A program made the translations under genes and the position numbers. Source: a bacterium (GTDB lineage Bacteria; Patescibacteriota; Minisyncoccia; Phycocordibacterales; Phycocordibacteraceae). From it: a stretch of 42,758 bases of DNA. The notes beneath the pieces are model-generated. The model made no database searches and was not told the DNA's origin. It was given only the letters and a program-made list of their open reading frames with translations. Positions 36,690 through 42,758 of this stretch are shown here, one piece after another. Position 1 is the first letter of the stretch. Each line of letters begins with the position of its first letter. The stretch is from positions 1-42,758 of the forward strand of contig JAKAGB010000002.1 in assembly GCA_021817705.1 (NCBI GenBank), in the 5' to 3' direction.

Positions 36690-37079
36690 ATGAAAATGTT
36701 GCTTGCAATCGTCTTCGCGGCCGTTGCGCTTTCTGCCTGTAGTAACAAGCCGAACTCGGCTGAAACTGCGCGCGTTAAGGCGGTCGATGCCAGGGTGGCA
36801 CCCTATTGCAGCACGAAACCATTGCTTATTACCGAAGGCGTGGACTACTATCCGCATCTTTGCGGCGCCATCATCAATTATGATGGCGACGTGCTCGTGT
36901 TAACCGGGTATCATCCGCAACGTGGCGAACTGCTCGTGGTATGGGCCGACAGCAGAGGCACTGACTTCGATCAGACATTTATGCCCGACCCAAAGAGAAT
37001 CCGAGCCGTATATGCATTCGGCGATCCGCAAGCCACGTCGCTGTTAACGCAGTGGAAAGCAAAACACTACACGCATTAG
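36690..37079 (+). CDS. Putative lipoprotein (129 aa), solitary cassette
   Basis: MKMLLAIVFAAVALSAC signal with LSAC lipobox; AAGGAG SD; lower GC. Confidence 0.75.
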   Translation: MKMLLAIVFAAVALSACSNKPNSAETARVKAVDARVAPYCSTKPLLITEGVDYYPHLCGAIINYDGDVLVLTGYHPQRGELLVVWADSRGTDFDQTFMPDPKRIRAVYAFGDPQATSLLTQWKAKHYTH

Positions 37080-37085
37080 AAATAC

Positions 37086-37126
37086 AGCAGTGTGAGGACT
37101 TTGTTCCTCGCACTGCTTTTATTTTT
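37086..37126 (+). terminator. Intrinsic terminator of the lipoprotein gene, convergent with leuS
   Basis: AGCAGTGTGAGGA/TCCTCGCACTGCT stem followed by TTTATTTTT. Confidence 0.75.
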
Positions 37127-39506
37127 CCACAACAATATTCAAGATGCGGCCGGGCACGTAGATGACGCGCGAGGGGGCGCGGCCGGCGAAGCCGGCCGCG
37201 ATGGCCGGAATTTCTTTTGCAGCGGCGAGCGCGGCTTCTTCGGAAGCATCCCGCGCGAGCGTGATGGTGCCGCGCGTCTTGCCATTTATTTGCACGGCAA
37301 TTTCCACTTCGTCTTCCACCAGGAGTGCAGGGTCAAAAGTTGGCCACGCGGCCGTGTGCACGCTGCCTTCCTCGAGAGAGGCGTACCAGAGCTCTTCGGT
37401 TATGTGCGGGGCGAACGGCGCGAGTATTTTGAGGAATGCGCGCCACTCTCCCTTCCCTATCGCCTTTGCGTCTTCCGCGGCGTTCAAGAAAATCATCATC
37501 TGGCTTATGGCTGTATTGAAGCGGAACGCGCGGATGTCATCGCCCACTTTCTGAATGGTCTTTGCAAGCGGGCTCGCGAGCGCAGGCACGTCTTCTTCCT
37601 GCACCATTCCGGCGAGCCGCCACACGCGGTCGAGGAACCGGCGCGCACCCACGAGGCTCTGCGTATTCCATGCGATTGCGTTCTCGAACGGCCCCATGAA
37701 CATCTCGTACACACGGAGCGCATCCGCGCCGTACTCGGCAACGATGTCATCCGGATTCACCACGTTGCCGAACCGTTTGCTCATCTTCCGGCCGTCTTCG
37801 GCGATGATGAGGCCCACGGAATGGAGCTCGGTGAACGGCTCCTTGGTGGAAAGGATGCCGATGTCGTAGAGGAACTTGTGCCAGAAGCGCGCGTAAATGA
37901 GGTGGCGCGTGGCGTGCTCGGCGCCGCCCACATACACGTCTACCGGCGCCCAGTATTTTTCGCGCTTTCCGGAAACGAGCTCATGCTCGTTCTGCGGATC
38001 CATGTAGCGCAGGTAGTACCAACTCGAACCTGCCCACTGCGGCATAGTGTTCGTCTCGCGCTTCGCCGCGCCTTTGCATTTGGGGCACGTGGTGTTGACC
38101 CAGTCGGAAATGGCCGCCAAGGGCGATTCGCCGGTGCCCGTGGGCTCGTAGTGCTCCACCTCCGGCAGGCGCACCGGCAGGTCTTCGTACGGTACCGGAA
38201 CCGCACCGCATTTTTCGCAGTAGATGATGGGAATCGGCTCGCCCCAGTAGCGCTGGCGGCTGAACACCCAGTCGCGCAGTTTGTACTTCACCACCGCGCG
38301 GCCGTAGCGCGCAGTGATTTCTGCGCGCGTGGCCGCGCTCTCTTTGCCGGAATAGTCGCCGGAATCTACGAGCGCGCCATCGTCGACGTACGGCAGCTCG
38401 CCGCCTTCGACGACGCGTTTTATCAGCAACCCGAATTTCTGTGCGAAGGCGAAGTCGCGCTCATCGTGCGCCGGCACCGCCATGATGGCGCCGGTGCCGT
38501 AAGAGCCGAGCACGTAGTCGGCGACATACACGGGGATTTGTGCGCCCGTCGCCGGATTCGTTGAGGAGACGCCTTCGAGCCTTACGCCGGTCTTTTCGCG
38601 GCCTTCGGCCGTGCGGTCAATCTCGCTCGCCTGAGCGGCTTGCGCGACGTATGCCGAAACCTCGGCGCGATTAGAAAGATGCGGCGCGAGCATTGCCAGC
38701 GCCGGATGTTCGGGCGCAAGCACGAGATAGGTCGCGCCGAACAAGGTGTCGGCGCGCGTCGTAAACACGGTCACCGGCTTTTCAAGTCCTGATACGGCGA
38801 AATCGATTTCCGCACCTTCAGAACGACCGATCCAATTACGCTGGCTCTCCTTTATATGCTCCGGCCACTTGGGCAGAAGTTCCAAATCGTGGAGGAGACG
38901 GTCGGCGTAGTCGGTAATCTTGAGCACCCACTGCGGCAAGACTTTTTTTTCGACCGGCGTGTCGCAACGCTCGCAGCGCCCCTGCTCCACGTCTTCGTTC
39001 GCAAGGCCCGTCTTACACGACGGGCACCAGTTGATGGGCTCTTCGCTCCGGAACGCGAGCCCATGCTCGTAGAGCTTCAGGAAAATCCACTGCGTCCAGT
39101 GGTAGTAGCTTGGGTCGGTGGTGTTTATCTCGCGGCTCCAGTCGTAATCGAAGCCGATCTTCTGCAGCTGCTCTTTGAAGCGCGCGATGTTCTTTTCGAC
39201 TGCCACGCGCGGGTGCACCTTATTTTTGAGCGCGAAGTTCTCCGCAGGGAGCCCGAAGGCGTCCCAACCCATGGGGTGGAGCACTGTTTTGCCCTGCATG
39301 CGCGCGTGGCGCGAGACGACATCGGTGGCGATATAGCCTTTGGGGTGCCCGACATGGAGCCCTTCGCCCGAGGGGTATGGGAACATGTCGAGCACATAGG
39401 CTTTTTCTTTCGTCGCATCTTCTGCGGAACGGTAGGTGCCTTCTTCCGCCCAGCGCTTCTGCCAACGCGGTTCAAGCTCTTGCGGGTTGTATGCTTCTTG
39501 CGCCAC
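37119..39506 (-). CDS. leuS: Leucine--tRNA ligase
   Basis: MFPYPSGEGLHVGH, GTGAIMAVPAHDERD, SRQRYWGEPIP, KMSKR. Confidence 0.98.
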   Translation of the reverse strand: MAQEAYNPQELEPRWQKRWAEEGTYRSAEDATKEKAYVLDMFPYPSGEGLHVGHPKGYIATDVVSRHARMQGKTVLHPMGWDAFGLPAENFALKNKVHPRVAVEKNIARFKEQLQKIGFDYDWSREINTTDPSYYHWTQWIFLKLYEHGLAFRSEEPINWCPSCKTGLANEDVEQGRCERCDTPVEKKVLPQWVLKITDYADRLLHDLELLPKWPEHIKESQRNWIGRSEGAEIDFAVSGLEKPVTVFTTRADTLFGATYLVLAPEHPALAMLAPHLSNRAEVSAYVAQAAQASEIDRTAEGREKTGVRLEGVSSTNPATGAQIPVYVADYVLGSYGTGAIMAVPAHDERDFAFAQKFGLLIKRVVEGGELPYVDDGALVDSGDYSGKESAATRAEITARYGRAVVKYKLRDWVFSRQRYWGEPIPIIYCEKCGAVPVPYEDLPVRLPEVEHYEPTGTGESPLAAISDWVNTTCPKCKGAAKRETNTMPQWAGSSWYYLRYMDPQNEHELVSGKREKYWAPVDVYVGGAEHATRHLIYARFWHKFLYDIGILSTKEPFTELHSVGLIIAEDGRKMSKRFGNVVNPDDIVAEYGADALRVYEMFMGPFENAIAWNTQSLVGARRFLDRVWRLAGMVQEEDVPALASPLAKTIQKVGDDIRAFRFNTAISQMMIFLNAAEDAKAIGKGEWRAFLKILAPFAPHITEELWYASLEEGSVHTAAWPTFDPALLVEDEVEIAVQINGKTRGTITLARDASEEAALAAAKEIPAIAAGFAGRAPSRVIYVPGRILNIVVEK

Positions 39507-39507
39507 G

Positions 39508-40059
39508 TTAGTCTCTAAATTTCTTCACGCCGACATACATGAGCGCGCCGAGCGCGATGGCCGCAATGATGAGCCGCAGCCAGTTGCCCGCCGTGCCCCA
39601 ATAGGAAGCGCTACCGATCACGAGCGCCACGACGCCGCCATAGGAAAGGCCGTTCGCGACTGCGGAGGAGCCGAGCGGCAAAAATCCCACGAAGAGCGAC
39701 GCGATGCCGAACACCATCATCGCGACGAACGCGTAGAGCGCATGCGCATCCACGGCGTTCTGGAACGGCACCTGGCATTTGGCGGTGAGGTCGCAGTAGC
39801 CCGAAGGAGCGACCGGCTTCGTGGCACCGGCGGGCGCAGGCGTGGGATATTCCGTCCACGTGCCGCCAGCGCTATCGCAATCGGCAGCGTTCTGCGGAGT
39901 CGGCGCAGTCGCCGACGGGCAGTACGCGTTATAGTCCGGCGCCGGGAGCGCGATAGACAGAATGACCGCAAAAAAGAGGTTCAGTACGACGACGATGCCG
40001 AGCGTGAGCGCCCAGCGTACGAAACGCGGCGTGCGCGATGTCGCGATAGAGGATTCCAT
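39508..40059 (-). CDS. Membrane protein with Cys-containing extracellular loop (183 aa)
   Basis: One TM, a loop with four Cys, then three TMs. Confidence 0.8.
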   Translation of the reverse strand: MESSIATSRTPRFVRWALTLGIVVVLNLFFAVILSIALPAPDYNAYCPSATAPTPQNAADCDSAGGTWTEYPTPAPAGATKPVAPSGYCDLTAKCQVPFQNAVDAHALYAFVAMMVFGIASLFVGFLPLGSSAVANGLSYGGVVALVIGSASYWGTAGNWLRLIIAAIALGALMYVGVKKFRD

Positions 40060-40084
40060 ACGCCTTGGATTGTACCATTTTTAT

Positions 40085-40122
40085 AAAAAGAAGCCCGCAA
40101 GCGCATTCTGCGCTGCGGGCTT
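40085..40122 (-). terminator. Intrinsic terminator of the 40128-40730 gene
   Basis: AAGCCCGCA/TGCGGGCTT stem followed by CTTTTT on the minus strand. Confidence 0.7.
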
Positions 40123-40127
40123 GTAGT

Positions 40128-40730
40128 TCATGAGTGCTTCCATTCACGGAGCTTCTGCTCCAAGAATGCGAAGTCGGCGTTTGCGTGCGCACAGTCGGTG
40201 CGCACCTGGCGATCAAAGAAATCGTGGCCAGGAATGCGCATGACAACGCGAACGGGTTTGCACCCGTGCTCGGCCGGAAGCGCAATGAGGCGCGCTTTCC
40301 AAACCGACACGCCCGCCGCCCTGAAAACGGCAGCGAGCTTGCGCGTCGCGTGTTCGTGCGCAACCGAGCGTCTCGCCCGGACTGCGTGCGACTTCGGCAC
40401 GAACGAGTCGCGCACAGCCGGAGCCGCGAATGCGAGTTCGTTCGCGCCATAGCCGACCGTGTTCGCCCGGATATCCGCCTGGTAGTTCGCAAGGAACCAC
40501 AGGCCGAATATGATGAACAGACCGCTCAGGAAGCCTCGCTTCGAGTGCGAGACGGTGCCGCTTATTTCGCTGCGGAGCGAGCGGTGCCTCGCCGTACAAG
40601 GCACCAGCGGCGCATCTCCGCGCATTCGCGCGAAGTCGGCCGTAAGTGCTGCGCGTGCCGCTGCGGCACGCGCTTCAACCGAGGCTGGCGTCTGCCGGCC
40701 ACGGAATCGGAACAGACCGAGAAAACTCAT
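40128..40730 (-). CDS. Hypothetical single-TM basic protein (200 aa), solitary cassette
   Basis: GAGGAG SD; promoter TTGACA-17-TACCAT (40810-40782); central hydrophobic helix. Confidence 0.6.
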   Translation of the reverse strand: MSFLGLFRFRGRQTPASVEARAAAARAALTADFARMRGDAPLVPCTARHRSLRSEISGTVSHSKRGFLSGLFIIFGLWFLANYQADIRANTVGYGANELAFAAPAVRDSFVPKSHAVRARRSVAHEHATRKLAAVFRAAGVSVWKARLIALPAEHGCKPVRVVMRIPGHDFFDRQVRTDCAHANADFAFLEQKLREWKHS

Positions 40731-40806
40731 GACACTGGTACTCCTCTAAGGTTCTGCATGCCTGTTTGCATGCCGCAGGCCATGGTAGCACACTGCGATG
40801 TGTATG

Positions 40807-42051
40807 TCAAGTGCCGGGCACGGCGCGGGCTATTTCGTCGAAGTGCTTCCCGCTCTCGGAAACGTAGGTGTAGAGTCCCTCTCTCCCGTGCGGCCCTTTT
40901 GCCGGGCAGTAGGAAATGAACGGCCGCTCGCCACCCTCCGCCCAGCCGATGAGCGCCCCGTGTGCAGTGGTGGGGAGCGTGTGGTTCGCGGCCAAGAGCT
41001 GCGTGAGCGTGCGCTCGTCCATTTCCGAAATCTTCTGCGGGTAGTAGTCGCCCGCTTTGCCGGGATGCCGTCGTCGCAAGCTGCGGAGAGCTACCGCGAG
41101 GTTGTGCACGTTGTAAAGGATAGCGGCGCCCGCGTGGTCGCGCAGGGTCATAAGTTCCTCTACCGTATCCGGAATGCGCTTGTCTTCCGGGAGCGCTTGG
41201 TTCGCGAGCGCCGCATACCGGTACTGCGGTTTCCCGTGGCGTTCTTGCACGTCAAGCGCGAATTTGGTGAATTGAAACATACCGAACGAGACGAGCGCAT
41301 CATAGAGCGAAGGGATGCGCAGCAGGAATTCCGTGCCGGCGTTCTCAAGAAGGAACCGGTATACATCCACGCCACCGGGCATGATTTCAGTCATGGAGTA
41401 GGCGGCGAGCACATTCCCGTTTATACGCGAGGCAAGATGCAGGAGCATTTTCAAATCCCATGCGCCATCGGCGCCTTCAAACCCGTAGAGCTCATGCAAA
41501 CGCGTAGGCTCGATGCTCTCGACGAGCTCGCGCGCGAGGTTGGTCATCTTACCGAGATACGATTCAAAATCCGGCTCAAGCCCTTCCTGTGCGTTGTCGC
41601 GGAGTGCAGCGTATTCTTTCACGAGCGCATCGCCGAACTGTCTCGTCTCAGCACTTTCGCTCCGGTTCAGTTTCGTCTTTTCATCCCACATCTCATGCAG
41701 GTTGAGCTTGAACGAAAGTGGCTCTTGGGCGCGAATCTCGCCTTCGTGGCCGAAATAGTAGTGCGTGAGGCCGGTCGCGCGTCGATCCGCAAGAGTGCCC
41801 ATACGGTATAGGCGCGGTTCTCGCATCGGCTCGCCATGATGAGCGAAGAGCTCGAGCTTTCTGCCAGGATAGTATTCGACAAACCGCGGCTTCGTATACT
41901 CGTATGCCGCCGCACCGAGGCCAGTGCCTATCGCCCCTATCGCCGTGACCGACTTTGCGGCTTCTTTCGCGCTCTCTAAGAACCCGCGACGGGTGATGCC
42001 CGAAAGTTCTTCCTGTGGCGATGACGCGGGTCGGAATCGCTCTGCGCTCAT
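40807..42051 (-). CDS. Hypothetical protein with twin-arginine-like N-terminus (414 aa)
   Basis: ITRRGFL followed by a weakly hydrophobic segment; SFGMFQFT; start 7 nt after TGcTATCGT. Confidence 0.7.
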   Translation of the reverse strand: MSAERFRPASSPQEELSGITRRGFLESAKEAAKSVTAIGAIGTGLGAAAYEYTKPRFVEYYPGRKLELFAHHGEPMREPRLYRMGTLADRRATGLTHYYFGHEGEIRAQEPLSFKLNLHEMWDEKTKLNRSESAETRQFGDALVKEYAALRDNAQEGLEPDFESYLGKMTNLARELVESIEPTRLHELYGFEGADGAWDLKMLLHLASRINGNVLAAYSMTEIMPGGVDVYRFLLENAGTEFLLRIPSLYDALVSFGMFQFTKFALDVQERHGKPQYRYAALANQALPEDKRIPDTVEELMTLRDHAGAAILYNVHNLAVALRSLRRRHPGKAGDYYPQKISEMDERTLTQLLAANHTLPTTAHGALIGWAEGGERPFISYCPAKGPHGREGLYTYVSESGKHFDEIARAVPGT

Positions 42052-42084
42052 AGCGCATACGATAGCATGTCGAGGCGCGCCTTT

Positions 42085-42758
42085 TTATCCGTGGAGGAAC
42101 ACCATCACATCGCCATCTTTCACGATGTACTCCTTCCCTTCTGTCCGCACTTTTGCGGCGTCGCGCGCGGCCGCATAGGAACCGGCCGCGAGCAGGTCTT
42201 TGCTCGCCACCACTTCGGCACGAATGAACTTGTCGCGGAAATCGGTGTGGATGGCCGCGCCCGCTTCGGGCGCGGTGCTTCCTTCGGGAATCGTCCACGC
42301 GCGCGACTCCTTCTCGCCGGTCGTGAAAAAGGAGATGAGTCCCAGGGTGGCATAGGCACCCTTGATGAGAGCGTCGAGGCCGTCTTCGTGCACGCCGAAT
42401 TCTTCGCGGAAGGACTGCGCATCTTCGGGAGCGACGTCAGAAAGCTCGCGCTCGGTCGCCGCGTCGACGAACACATACCGCGACCCGAGATTCGCGATGA
42501 GCTCGAAGGTCTTCTGCGCGCGGCCATCGGCGAGCTCGTCGAGGTTGTGCCCGCCGCTTTTGCGGTTGAGCGCGTACAAAATGGGTTTCAAGGTGAGGAG
42601 ATTCAGATTGCGCACGAGCGCGGTTTCATCCGGCGTAAGCCCGGCCGAGCGCGCGAGCTTGCCCGCCGTGAGCGCCTGCTCCACCTTCGCGAGCGCGGCG
42701 TCTTCGGCAAACGCGGCCTTGTCGCCGGTCTTCTTGTCGCGCGTGAGCTTCTCGCGGC
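42085..42758 (-). CDS. ychF: Redox-regulated ATPase YchF, C-terminal part (runs off window end)
   Basis: LLTLKPILY, LGLISFFTTGEKESRAWTI, AAIHTDF, EGKEYIVKDGDV (TGS domain). Confidence 0.96.
   Translation of the reverse strand, partial: REKLTRDKKTGDKAAFAEDAALAKVEQALTAGKLARSAGLTPDETALVRNLNLLTLKPILYALNRKSGGHNLDELADGRAQKTFELIANLGSRYVFVDAATERELSDVAPEDAQSFREEFGVHEDGLDALIKGAYATLGLISFFTTGEKESRAWTIPEGSTAPEAGAAIHTDFRDKFIRAEVVASKDLLAAGSYAAARDAAKVRTEGKEYIVKDGDVMVFLHG

Overview
GC-rich bacterial chromosomal segment with almost all genes on the minus strand. Gene content (short ND-AspRS, C-terminally truncated AlaS, SWIB protein, FtsA-like plus baseplate-J-like pair, sigma-HTH protein) suggests a Patescibacteria/Parcubacteria (CPR) genome; this is inference. 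Housekeeping core: scpB (partial), scpA, aspS, trpS, tRNA-Tyr, tyrS, an ABC exporter, grpE-dnaK-dnaJ, infA-rpmJ-rpsM-rpsK-rpsD-rpoA-rplQ-rplM-rpsI, alaS, tRNA-Ala, pepF, ung, mnmA, mltG, leuS and ychF (partial). The most striking pattern is two expression grammars. Core genes mostly look leaderless (TANNNT 6-8 nt before ATG, no SD). About nine solitary, mostly orphan genes are wedged between them, each with a sigma70-type promoter (mostly TTGACA), a strong SD and its own terminator. The window also holds several small structured non-coding elements (one splits a duplicated tRNA-Ala 5' fragment with a 3-bp direct repeat), a 23-bp palindromic repeat in three copies, and two short genes missing from the ORF track (a Cys-free L36 and a 33-aa lipobox peptide). 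All calls are by eye; no searches were run.
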